A DNA stretch of 64,000 nucleotides. Source: Pseudomonadota bacterium. Lineage in GTDB: Bacteria; Myxococcota_A; Polyangia; GCA-2747355. A program made the position numbers and the translations under genes. The stretch covers positions 1,144,067 through 1,208,066 of the forward strand of contig JADJTL010000001.1 in assembly GCA_016711215.1 (NCBI GenBank), in the 5' to 3' direction. Under the pieces are notes generated by a model. That model was given only the letters and a program-made list of their open reading frames with translations. It did no database searches and was not told where the DNA came from. How positions within the stretch are numbered: position 1 is the stretch's first letter; every line of letters starts with the position of its first letter. Positions 47,933 through 57,432 of the stretch are shown here, piece after piece.

Positions 47933-48418
47933 GTGAACCACGACGTCGGCACGATTGCTTGCAACACCGCGCGGCGCACGCGCACCTGCGGCCGCCGGCT
48001 CGGGCTGCTGCTCCAGCCGGGCGACGTCGTCGGGCTCGAGGGCGAGCTGGGCGCTGGCAAGACGCTCTTCGTTGGCGGTGTGGCGGCTGGACTGGGCCTC
48101 GCGCCGGGCTACCGGGTGGCGAGCCCGACCTTCACCTTGATCAACGAGTACCCGGGCCGCTTGCCGATCGTTCATGTGGATCTCTATCGGCTCGACGACC
48201 AGGCCGAGATGCAGGAGATTGGCATCCTCGATTACCTCGGCGGTCCCTGCGTCTGCCTGGTCGAGTGGTTCGGTCGCCTCGCCGGCGCCCGGCTGCCCGA
48301 CCATCTGCAGGTGACGATCGAGGTCACCGGCGACCACACGCGGCGCTTGAGGGTTGCGGGTAGCGGCCCGCGCGCGAGCGAGCTGGTGCGGCGCTGGATC
48401 GCCGCGTGCGCGTCTTGA
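47933..48418 (+). CDS. tsaE: tRNA threonylcarbamoyladenosine biosynthesis protein TsaE
   Basis: GELGAGKT P-loop, SPTFTL and VHVDLYRL motifs; start inferred, since the tracked ORF is N-terminally over-extended. Confidence 0.75.
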   Translation: MNHDVGTIACNTARRTRTCGRRLGLLLQPGDVVGLEGELGAGKTLFVGGVAAGLGLAPGYRVASPTFTLINEYPGRLPIVHVDLYRLDDQAEMQEIGILDYLGGPCVCLVEWFGRLAGARLPDHLQVTIEVTGDHTRRLRVAGSGPRASELVRRWIAACAS

Positions 48419-48456
48419 CGTTGGCGCGGCGTGCCGCCGATACTGCGGCGTGCGTT

Positions 48457-48533
48457 GCGCCCGTAGCTCAGTCGGATAGAGCGTCGGACTTCGAATCCGC
48501 AGGTCGGGTGTTCGAGTCACCCCGGGCGCACCA
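48457..48533 (+). tRNA. tRNA-Arg (anticodon TCG)
   Basis: GCGCCCGTAGCTCAGTCGGATAGAGCGTCGGACTTCGAATCCGCAGGTCGGGTGTTCGAGTCACCCCGGGCGCACCA; acceptor GCGCCCG/CGGGCGC; anticodon loop CTTCGAA. Confidence 0.8.
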
Positions 48534-48569
48534 AGCCAGCCTCCGCCGCTACGACGCGCCCGGCCCCGG

Positions 48570-50760
48570 CGCAGGCGATCGCCGAGGCGGCTGCAACGCT
48601 GCTCGACGCGGTCGTTGCGGACGGCGATTCCCAGCGCCTTGCGGCTGCCGACGATGACCACCAGCCGTCGAGCGCGGGTCAGCCCGGTGTAGACCAGGTT
48701 GCGCTGAAGCATCGCATAGTGCTGCGTGTGCAGCGGCATGACGACGACGGGGTATTCGCTGCCCTGGGCCTTGTGGATCGAGCAAGCGTAGGCCAGCACG
48801 AGCTCGTCGAGCTGGCCGTGCTCGTAGCGCACCAGGCGCTCGTCATAGCTGACCGTGAGCTGCTGCTCGTCCTCGTCGATCGACGCGACCCGGCCGATGT
48901 CGCCGTTGAAGACGTCGAGATCGTAGTTGTTGCGGAGCTGCATCACCTTGTCGCCGATCCGCAGCAAGCGGCTACCGCGGACTAACGCCGGTCCCGTGGG
49001 ATTGAGCAGGGACTGTAGCTCGGCGTTGAGGTTGATCACCCCGAGCAGCCCCTTTCGCATCGGCGTCAGCACCTGCACGCCGAGGGTCGGGTCGACCTTG
49101 AAGCGGCGCGGGATGCGCTCGCCGACGAGGTCCTTGATCGTCGCGAGGATCTGGTCTGGGTCGCCCCGCTCGATGAAGTAGAAGTCGCTGAGTTCTCCGC
49201 TCTCCTGCTCGCTCGTCATCGGCGGTAGCTCGCCGTGGTTGATGCGATGGGCGTTGACCACGATCTGGCTGCGCTGCGCTTGGCGAAAGATCTCGGTCAG
49301 GCGCACGACGCCGGCCCAACCCGAGCCGATGAGGTCGCGCAGCACGTTGCCCGGCCCGACCGAGGGGAGCTGATCGACGTCGCCGACGAGGATCAGCTGC
49401 GCCGCCGGCGGCAGCGCCTGCACCAGCGCGTGGAATAACACGATGTCGATCATCGAGGTCTCGTCGACGATCAGGGTGTCGACCTCGAGTGGACGCTCGC
49501 CGTCGCGCTCGAAGCGCTGCGTGCGCGGCGAGAACTCGAGCAGGCGGTGAATCGTGCGCGCCTCCTGGTCCGTGGTCTCGGCGAGGCGCTTGGCGGCGCG
49601 GCCCGTCGGGGCGCAGAGGAGGATACGGCGCCGTCCCCTACGAGCAGGCGCAGGATCGCATTGACGATCGTGGTCTTGCCGGTACCCGGGCCACCGGTGA
49701 TCACCAGCACCTTGCGCCGGGTGGCCTCCTCCACGGCCTGGCGCTGCTGCTCGGCAAGAGCGAGCTCGCGTTCCCGCTCGAAGCCCTCGATCGCCAGCGC
49801 GGCCCCCGCCAGGGGCGCCAGCGGGACCTCGCCGAGCTCCAGCAGTCGGGCCGCGGCTCCGCTCTCCGCGGCGTGCAGGGCCTTGAGGTAGATCGCGTCG
49901 TCCTCGGGGAGGGGCTCGCGCACGAGGGTGCCGGCGGCGAGCTGCGCGGCGATGGCCTCTTCGACCGGCAGCACGTCGAGCTCGAGGAGCTGCGTGGCGG
50001 CCGCGACTAGCCGCTCGTGCGGGAAGAAGACATGGCCCTGGTCCGCCAACTCGCCGAGCAGGTAGCGCACCCCGGCCTCGGCCCGCTGGGGTGAGTCGCG
50101 CGGGATCCCGAGCGAGGCGGCGATCTTGTCGGTGCTCTTGAAGCCGATGCCGACGACGTCCGAGGCGAGCTGGTAGGGGTTCTGGCGCACGACGGCGATC
50201 GCTCGCTCGCCGTACTGCTTGAAGACCCGCACGGCGTAGGCGGTGGAGACCCCATGCGTCTGCAGGAAGATCATCACCTCCTTGATCGCGCGTTGCTCAA
50301 GCCAGGCCTCGCGAATGCGCAGCGAGCGCAGGGGTCCGATGCCCGCGACCTCCCGCAGACGCTCGGGCTGGTTCTCGATCACGTTGAGGGTCTCGAGCTG
50401 GAAGCGCTCCACCAGGCGCGCCGCGATGCCGCGACCGAGCCCCGGGACGAGGCCCGAGGCGAGGTACTTCTCGATGCCGACGAGCGTCGCCGGTTGGATC
50501 GTCAGGTAGCTGTGGACGCGGAACTGCTCGCCGTACTTGCGGTCGTTGACCCACCAGCCGCGCAGGCGCAGGTTTTCACCCGGCTGCACGCCGAGCAGGC
50601 TACCCACCGCGGTGACCGTGCGCTGCTGCTGCAGGACGGTGATCCGCACCACGCTCCAGGCCGTCTCTTCGTTGGCGTAAACGACGCGGTCGAGCGCACC
50701 CTCGAGGACCTCGGGCGGGTCGCCGACGGGAGCTTCGGCGCGATGGCGATGGCCAGACAT
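48570..50760 (-). CDS. recD2: RecD2-like ATP-dependent DNA helicase with apparent -1 frameshift near 49625 and no nearby in-frame stop (possible pseudogene or sequence error)
   Basis: Two tracked ORFs: 49471..51531 carries the N-terminal domain and Walker [10 protein letters not shown] then becomes nonsense; the correct continuation ([18 protein letters not shown]...[11 protein letters not shown]...[16 protein letters not shown]...[14 protein letters not shown]...[17 protein letters not shown]) is in another frame (47804..49453), which then reads antisense through tRNA-Arg. Confidence 0.7.
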
Positions 50761-51067
50761 GCCGCGGCATCCTAACAGGGCGCTCGCCGGGCCGAAACCG
50801 CCCCCCGGGGCGCTTGCGGCCCGGCGCGCTGGGGCTTGCGCGGCGGGTCGGCCGAGCGGCGGGCGAGACTGGCGATCGGCCGCCCTCGACATGCCGCGGG
50901 TTGTCGACCAGAGGCAGCGGCGGTTGCGTGCGGCAAGCCGAACGCGCCCACCTGCCGTCGCCGTGTGAGCGCTCCGGTGAAGGCCCGTCGTGCGCGCCAG
51001 CGGGTGCCGGCGTGCGTGGCGTCTCCCGTCTGTGGTCGTCAGCAGCCCGCGACCACCCGGCCGGGGC

Positions 51068-53539
51068 TCAGCGAGCCGGCCTTTCCTTTGGCCGCGCGCT
51101 CTCGGTGCCGAGGCGCAGGACGAGTTGATCGAAATCGCGCCGCGAAATGGGCCCTGTCCGGCCGCGGAAAGGGCGGAAGCCGCCGTCGCCCTCGGGTGGT
51201 GTGTGCTCGGAGAGCCCCGGCACGTTCCAGATACCCTTGGACTCACTATCGGCCGGATCGTTTGGCGGCAGGCAGGCAAGCAGCGGCGTGGCGACCATCT
51301 GAGAGGAGGCCTTGGCGAGCGCCCGCCGATACGCTGCGTCGAGCTCCGAGGTCCACGGCCCGTGGCCACCCGACGGGGGGTTCTGCGGATCGATTCCCGC
51401 CGGAAGCTCGCCGGCGCGCTCCAGCCAGGTGAGCAGCTCGTAGCGCCAATGCGGTAGGCGCGCTTGCCAGCGGCTCGCCTCCTCGTCGGAGATCTTGCCC
51501 AGGCGGCGGAGCAGCCGGAGGTCAGCGCCATTCCATACCGCCCCGACGGGCGGCATGTCCCAGGTGGAATACGCCGCCAGCGCGCTCGACTCGTAGGACC
51601 TCGGCGACGCGAGGGGTGGAACGACGCTCCCTCGGAAGGCGTCCCAGTCGTAGGCCCAGCGGGCCAGCGCGTAGCCGTAGAGCCCCGCCTGTCTTCTCTT
51701 CTCGTCGAAGCCAGCGGGTGGGGTGCCGAGGTTCTCGGCGATCACCAGGCAGTGATGGCGACGACTCAGGAGGGTGATCACCGCCATCAGCTCCGGGAAG
51801 GGGTAGGCCACGTAGCCAGATCGCGCTGCGTCAAAGGCGCCGTCGGCAGTCCAGGCCGGCGAGAAGAGCCCGTGGATCCAGAACGCGTTGTCGAGACGTA
51901 GCCCGCCGGCGTTCGCCATCGAGCGCGTCAGCCTCGCCGCGAAGCGCGTCAGCCCATCGCGGATCATCGCCAGCGGATTTCGGATTGATCCGCCCCAGTC
52001 CTGGGGCAGATTCGGCGAGGTATCGTCGGGTGGCGCCCCTGCGTGCATGCCGCGCAGGTAGCCGTCGGGCCATTGCTCAACCTGAGGACCATTGGTGACG
52101 ACGGGCTGGTCCCTGATCCAACCGAGGGCCATCGGGGCTGCGCCGTCGGCGCGCGGATCGACGGCGGCCTCGCGAACTGCCAGCTCTTGCACCGCATAGG
52201 CCCACTCTGTGAAGAGCGCGAGCTCCGGATCGCGCAGCTTGCGGCGGCGGCCCAGGTCGAGGCCGGCGTCGCGTTGGGCTGGATGCTGGGCGACCCAGGC
52301 CTGGTACGCGCCCCAGGCCTTCCCCGGGACGCCGCCAGCGCCTGCCTGCGCCTTGAACCAACCCCAGAGAGTAACGAGCCCCTGCGTCGTCAGCCTCGAG
52401 ATCAACGTGGGATTGAGCTGCCGAGCGCTAAGGGCCCTTGTGCGCCGCGAGGCAAGGGATCCCTGGAAGACCGGGTCTGAGAAGCCGATCTGCCGCGCCA
52501 GCACGCCGAGATCGACCATTCGCGGGTCGCCGTGACCGGTGTGCAGCGTGTCGTAGGGGCTCGCCGCGCTCGGGTTCACCATCGTCGTCGGTGGCGTCGA
52601 CACGCCGTCAAAGCCGGCGCTGCGCGCCGCCGCCACGACCCGCCGCAAGGTCTCGAGATTCCCCGCGCCGACGCCCTGCGCGCCCTCGAGGTTGAGCGCC
52701 GCGATCGGCGTCTCGAGGATGGCGATGCGCTTGCCCGCGGGAAGCTCGTGCGCCCGCTGTGGCGCGATCACGAGCGTCATCGCGCCCGCTATGCTCCGAG
52801 GCGAACCGCCCAGCCCGTGGCTCACGCGAACCTGGTGCATGCCGAAGCGCCGCTCGCCGACCTCCGCAGTGAGGGTTCGCACCAGCGCGGGCACATCGAG
52901 CATCCGGTAAGCGGGTGCCGGCGACGCGTCCGACTCGGCACCACCAAAGGCTGTGCCTCCTGCGCGGCGGCGAGGCGCAGGCCGCAGGCGCGCGCTGATG
53001 TCCCTCCAGGCGCCTGCTTCCTTCGCTTCGTCCTCGAGGCGCAGCTCGACCTTGAGGCCAGACCACGCACCCGCTGCGCCACCCGCCAGGCCGAGGCGCA
53101 AGCGCGGCATGCCCTCCGTCTCCGGATGACCTTCCTGGAAGGCATGGAGCCAGGGCAACGCGTTGGCCCGCCGCTCGGCGTTCAGCGCCTTGAGCGCTGC
53201 GCCGAAGCCCATGCCCTCGCCGCGCCACGGCGCGATCACCGCCCCGCCGACGCGCTCGAAGAAGCGAGGGTCGGCGTGCACCTCGCGCCAATCGACCGAG
53301 CTCAGGTATTTGGGGTGGGCGAAATGCGCACCGAGGTGCCGCTGGGCACGGGCCTCAGCGGTCCGCTTCGCGCTTGGCTCGGCTGCAGCGACGTCCTGCG
53401 CCGCTGCCAGCGACAGGAGGGCCGCGAGCAGCAGGGCAGACGGGTCGGCCGCCGCCGCCCTAACCAAGGCCTGGCCCGCGACGATCGCTTGGCTGCGGTT
53501 GGCGCTCGCGTCTGGTGTTCGTGTCTGGCGCCATTCCAA
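51068..53539 (-). CDS. Secreted GH77-like (4-alpha-glucanotransferase family) protein with long N-terminal extension
   Basis: C-terminal motifs resembling the GH77 RIDH and EDLG regions (LRLDNAFWIHGLF, LVIAENLGTPPAGF); N-terminal ~400 aa of unknown function. Confidence 0.45.
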   Translation of the reverse strand: MEWRQTRTPDASANRSQAIVAGQALVRAAAADPSALLLAALLSLAAAQDVAAAEPSAKRTAEARAQRHLGAHFAHPKYLSSVDWREVHADPRFFERVGGAVIAPWRGEGMGFGAALKALNAERRANALPWLHAFQEGHPETEGMPRLRLGLAGGAAGAWSGLKVELRLEDEAKEAGAWRDISARLRPAPRRRAGGTAFGGAESDASPAPAYRMLDVPALVRTLTAEVGERRFGMHQVRVSHGLGGSPRSIAGAMTLVIAPQRAHELPAGKRIAILETPIAALNLEGAQGVGAGNLETLRRVVAAARSAGFDGVSTPPTTMVNPSAASPYDTLHTGHGDPRMVDLGVLARQIGFSDPVFQGSLASRRTRALSARQLNPTLISRLTTQGLVTLWGWFKAQAGAGGVPGKAWGAYQAWVAQHPAQRDAGLDLGRRRKLRDPELALFTEWAYAVQELAVREAAVDPRADGAAPMALGWIRDQPVVTNGPQVEQWPDGYLRGMHAGAPPDDTSPNLPQDWGGSIRNPLAMIRDGLTRFAARLTRSMANAGGLRLDNAFWIHGLFSPAWTADGAFDAARSGYVAYPFPELMAVITLLSRRHHCLVIAENLGTPPAGFDEKRRQAGLYGYALARWAYDWDAFRGSVVPPLASPRSYESSALAAYSTWDMPPVGAVWNGADLRLLRRLGKISDEEASRWQARLPHWRYELLTWLERAGELPAGIDPQNPPSGGHGPWTSELDAAYRRALAKASSQMVATPLLACLPPNDPADSESKGIWNVPGLSEHTPPEGDGGFRPFRGRTGPISRRDFDQLVLRLGTESARPKERPAR

Positions 53540-53613
53540 GCTCCAGCGCTGAGTGAAAGGGGGCGCCGCTCCAATCAGCGCCGCCCGAGGGGGCGTGCAT
53601 GCCCCGGCGGCCC

Positions 53614-54660
53614 TTACACGTTGAAGCGGTAGTTCACGACGTCGCCGTCCTGGATCTCGTAGTCTTTGCCTTCCAATCGGATCTTGCCGGCGGTCTTGAG
53701 GGCCGCTTCTGTGCCGAGGCGCTCGAGGTCCTCCAGACGATAGACCTCGGCGCGGATGAAGCCGCGTTCGATGTCGCTATGGACCTTGCCGGCCGCGCGC
53801 CGGGCCACGGTGCCTCGCCGCAGCGGCCAGGCCCGGCATTCATCCGGACCCGCGGTGAGGAAGCAGATCAGGTCGAGCAGTCGGTAGGCGGCGCGGATAA
53901 AGACGTTGCGCGCCGGCTCGCCCAACCCGAGCCCGACGAGAAACTCCTGCTGCTCCTCTGCAGGCAAATCGGCGATCTCGGCCTCGATCGCGCCGCAGAG
54001 GCCGAGCGAGAGGGCGGAGGGACCGCGCTCCTGAAGCTCTCGCAAGCTGGCCTGCGCCGGATCGCCCCACGCGGTTTCGCTCAGGCTGAAGAGGGTGATC
54101 GATGGCTTGATCGACAGGAGCTGGATACCGACGAAGGTGGCCTCCTCCTCATCGCTGAGCCCCAGCGCGCGCAGGGGCTGGCCCGCTTCGAGCTGCGCCA
54201 CGCAGCGCTCGTTGATCGCCACCTCGGGACCCTTCTTTGACTCCTTGCGCAGTCGCTCCTGGCGGCGCTCGAGCACCTGCAGATCGTGAAGCACCAGCTC
54301 ATCGCTGAAGAGGGCGTCGTCGCGCGCCGGATCGGCCGGGCGGGCAACCAGGGGGTTGTCGAAGCCGCGGACGACGTGCACCAAGACGTCGACGTTGCGC
54401 ATGTGCTGCAGCACGTCAGGGCTGAAGGCCCCCGTATCGGCGCGGCCCCCTTCGCCACCGACGTCGACGAAGGTGACCTCGCCGTAGGTCTTGCGCTTGG
54501 GCGAGAAGATCGTGGCCAGGCGGTCGACGCGGACGTCGGGCACCTTGATATTGCCGAGCGCGACGCCGCCGCGGTCGCTGCGAGCGCCGGGCGCCAACGC
54601 CGAAAACACCGTCGATTTTCCAGAGCCGGCGTAACCGGCGAGTCCCACGCGCATGGCCAA
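53614..54660 (-). CDS. ychF: YchF/OLA1-family P-loop ATPase
   Basis: N-terminal VGLAGYAGSGKST P-loop; C-terminal TGS-like GKDYEIQDGDVVNYRFNV. Confidence 0.65.
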   Translation of the reverse strand: MAMRVGLAGYAGSGKSTVFSALAPGARSDRGGVALGNIKVPDVRVDRLATIFSPKRKTYGEVTFVDVGGEGGRADTGAFSPDVLQHMRNVDVLVHVVRGFDNPLVARPADPARDDALFSDELVLHDLQVLERRQERLRKESKKGPEVAINERCVAQLEAGQPLRALGLSDEEEATFVGIQLLSIKPSITLFSLSETAWGDPAQASLRELQERGPSALSLGLCGAIEAEIADLPAEEQQEFLVGLGLGEPARNVFIRAAYRLLDLICFLTAGPDECRAWPLRRGTVARRAAGKVHSDIERGFIRAEVYRLEDLERLGTEAALKTAGKIRLEGKDYEIQDGDVVNYRFNV

Positions 54661-54930
54661 CCTCCCGACGCCGCTGCGCGGCCAGTGTCGTCTACAGCAG
54701 GGCGTGCGAGGCGTCCAGCGTTGGTTTGGCGCGGACGCGGTGTCGTACCGGCAGCGACGAGCAAGAGCAACCGCCCATGATCAAGGGCGAAGTCGTCGCC
54801 CTTGCCGCGCCTCTCAGGCACTGCGGGAGGTTAACCCGCTACAGCGCGCGCGGACTCCGCCTTCTACCGTCGTCGCCCCTCGCTTCGACCCCGCCCGCGC
54901 CGTGCAACCCTTTGCGATCGTACCCCTGCA

Positions 54931-55926
54931 GTGCAGGCGGGTGCAGCGCCGGTGCGTTGCTTCCGGCCACCCGGCGGTGCGCCCCGCGTAGTGGCGCCGG
55001 AGCTGCCAACGCCACTACTGGATGCGCACACGCACGTCTACAGCAGGCAGCTGGTGCGCCAGGTCAACGGGCGGTTGGGCCGGTCGGAGTTCACGGAATT
55101 CACCGCGGCACAACTGGTCGAGCGCCTTGACCGCCAGGGCATTCAACGCGCAATCGTCATCTCCGGCGCGTACCTCGCTGCGGCCGACGTCTACCCGAAC
55201 GCGTTGCCGCCGAAGGAGGAGCTCGCAGCGACGCGCAGAGAGAACGACTTCGCCGCCGCTGAGGTCTCTGGCTGGTCCGATCGCCTGATCCTTTTTTGCA
55301 GCGTGAACCCCAAGCGCCCGTGGGCAGCCGACGAGGCTGCGCGTTGCCAGCGTGAGCTTGGCGCACGCGGGCTGAAACTGCACTTCTGGAACTCGCTGGT
55401 CGATCCGCAGGAGGCGAGTCACCGCACGGCGCTGCGTGCAGTGCTGATCCGAGCCGAGGCGCTCGACTTACCCGTGCTGCTGCACGCGTACAACGGCCAG
55501 CTAACGCACTTCGGTGCGCCCCAGATCGACTGCGTCGTCGCAGACACCCTCCAAGCGTGCCCGGAGCTACGTGTCTGTTTCGCTCACGTCGGAGGAGCGG
55601 GGGGCTTCGATCCCTCGGTGGAGGAAGCCTTCGAACGCCTGACCACCTTGGCCGCACGGCCGGCATTCGCCCAACGAAGCTGGGTCGACCTGGCAGCGGT
55701 GGCCTTCGCGCGGAGGACGCGAAGCTACGAGCGCTCCTCAGTGGCCCAGCTCTCCCGACTCGCCCGGCTACTTGCGCGCTGGGCTCCCGACCGCATCCTC
55801 TGGGGCAGCGACAACATCGAGGACTACCTGGCCCAGACTGCCGCCGTCTGGCCGCTGGCGCCCGAGGTTTGGCGGACCATCGCGCAGAGCGACGGGCACC
55901 ACTTTGTCACGCGGGCGACACGGTAA
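54931..55926 (+). CDS. Amidohydrolase-family metal-dependent hydrolase (TIM barrel)
   Basis: LLDAHTHVY metal-binding HxH, later conserved His/Asp positions (HFW, HAY, WGSDN); start uncertain. Confidence 0.55.
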   Translation: MQAGAAPVRCFRPPGGAPRVVAPELPTPLLDAHTHVYSRQLVRQVNGRLGRSEFTEFTAAQLVERLDRQGIQRAIVISGAYLAAADVYPNALPPKEELAATRRENDFAAAEVSGWSDRLILFCSVNPKRPWAADEAARCQRELGARGLKLHFWNSLVDPQEASHRTALRAVLIRAEALDLPVLLHAYNGQLTHFGAPQIDCVVADTLQACPELRVCFAHVGGAGGFDPSVEEAFERLTTLAARPAFAQRSWVDLAAVAFARRTRSYERSSVAQLSRLARLLARWAPDRILWGSDNIEDYLAQTAAVWPLAPEVWRTIAQSDGHHFVTRATR

Positions 55927-56020
55927 GCGACGCCCCGTCGCGACGCCCCGCCTTCTGTAGAGGGCGTGCGCGCGCCTGGCGCGCTAGGCTGGGCGTCCCA
56001 GGTCCAGGAGGGCGAAGGCG

Positions 56021-56620
56021 ATGGTCGAGGCAGCAGAGGTCCTAGCGTTTTGGTTCGGCGAGATCCGCGCGGATGGAAGCGTCGACGGCCAGCGCGCCGC
56101 GCTGTGGTGGAAGAAGGATCCCCTGACCGACGAGACCATCCGCGGGCGCTTCGAGCCGCTGGTGCGGCAGGCTGCGTCGGGAGAGCGCGACAGCTGGGCA
56201 GAGACGGCAGAGGGCCGGCTGGCGCTGATCATCTGCCTCGATCAGTTCCCCCGCAATATCTACCGCCAGGACCCACGCGCTTGGGCCTTCGACGCGATCG
56301 CCCAACGCCTCTGCCTGGAGGGCCTGGACCGCGGCCACGATCAGCGGCTACCGGTGATCCAGCGCGTCTTCCATTACATGCCGCTGGAGCACGCCGAGGA
56401 TCGCGACTTGCAGCAGCGCTGCCTCGAGCGCTTCGAGCAGCTACAGGTCGACGCGCCGCCGGCGCTGCAGGAGGCCTGCGCCGCTTACCTGAGCTACGCC
56501 GAGCAGCATCACGCGATTATCCAGCGCTTTGGCCGCTTTCCGCACCGCAACCAGGTTTTGGGCCGGAAGTCGACCGAGGAGGAGACGGCGTTTCTCAAGC
56601 AACCCGGGTCGTCATTCTGA
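56021..56620 (+). CDS. DUF924-family protein
   Basis: DQFPRNIYR-type motif and length typical of DUF924. Confidence 0.55.
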   Translation: MVEAAEVLAFWFGEIRADGSVDGQRAALWWKKDPLTDETIRGRFEPLVRQAASGERDSWAETAEGRLALIICLDQFPRNIYRQDPRAWAFDAIAQRLCLEGLDRGHDQRLPVIQRVFHYMPLEHAEDRDLQQRCLERFEQLQVDAPPALQEACAAYLSYAEQHHAIIQRFGRFPHRNQVLGRKSTEEETAFLKQPGSSF

Positions 56621-56754
56621 CCTCGGGTCGTCGTTCTGACCTTCCCACGGCGAGCCGGCGTCGCTCCGGAGGCGAGCGCCCTGCCGCGCAACGAGACGGC
56701 TATTGACAGCCCGCGCGCAGGTTGCTCTACTGCGCCGCCGCCACGAGGGAACGC

Positions 56755-57318
56755 ATGTACGATACCTCCGACTTCCGCAAGGGACTGAAGGTCCTGATCG
56801 ACGGCCAGCCGTATATCGTCGTCGATTTTCAGTTCGTCAAGCCGGGCAAGGGCGTGGCCTTCACGCGCGCGCGCGTCAAGAACATGCTGACCGGCTCGGT
56901 GCTCGACAAGACCTACCGCTCCGGCGAAAAGCTCGAGCCCGCCAACATCGACGAGCGCCAGATGCAGTACCTCTACCAAGAGGGAGAGAACTACTGCTTC
57001 ATGGACCAACAGAGCTTCGATCAGGTCTTCGTGCCGGGGGAGATCCTCGGCGACAGTGCCAAGTACCTCTCGGATAACCTAGAGGTCTCGGTCGTCTTTT
57101 TTGCAGAGCGCCCCGTCGACGTGACCTTGCCGAACTTTGTCACACTCGAGGTGGTCGAGACCGACCCCGGTTTCCGCGGCGACACGGCGACCGGCGCCAC
57201 CAAACCCGCGCGGCTCTCGGCGGGCGCGGTGATCAACGTGCCGCTCTTCGTCGAGCAGGGCGAGTGGCTCAAGGTCGATACCCGCACGGGCAGCTACGTC
57301 GAGCGCGTGAAGCGCTGA
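56755..57318 (+). CDS. efp: Elongation factor P
   Basis: MYDTSDFRKGLKVLIDGQPYIVVDFQFVKPGKGVAFTRARVKN N-terminus with the conserved KPGKG loop; start at internal Met. Confidence 0.9.
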   Translation: MYDTSDFRKGLKVLIDGQPYIVVDFQFVKPGKGVAFTRARVKNMLTGSVLDKTYRSGEKLEPANIDERQMQYLYQEGENYCFMDQQSFDQVFVPGEILGDSAKYLSDNLEVSVVFFAERPVDVTLPNFVTLEVVETDPGFRGDTATGATKPARLSAGAVINVPLFVEQGEWLKVDTRTGSYVERVKR

Positions 57319-57422
57319 CGCAATTACGTCGAGCGCGTGAAGCGCTGACGCAATTACGTCGAGCGCGTTACGTCGAGCGCGTGAAGCGCTGACGCAATTA
57401 CGTCGAGCGCGTGAAGCGCTGA
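57295..57422 (+). repeat. Tandem repeat, 30-bp unit TACGTCGAGCGCGTGAAGCGCTGACGCAAT, about 4 copies, duplicating the last codons and stop of efp
   Basis: Direct reading: the first unit is the efp 3' end (YVERVKR stop); further full or partial copies follow until 15 nt before the epmA ATG. Confidence 0.9.
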
Positions 57423-57432
57423 TCCCCTGACG

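Noticed and set aside
47804-48570. C-terminal ~250 aa of the tracked 549-aa RecD2 ORF
   Set aside because: This portion is antisense read-through across tRNA-Arg (translating as [22 protein letters not shown]), tsaE and the PfkB gene; it is not part of a functional helicase.
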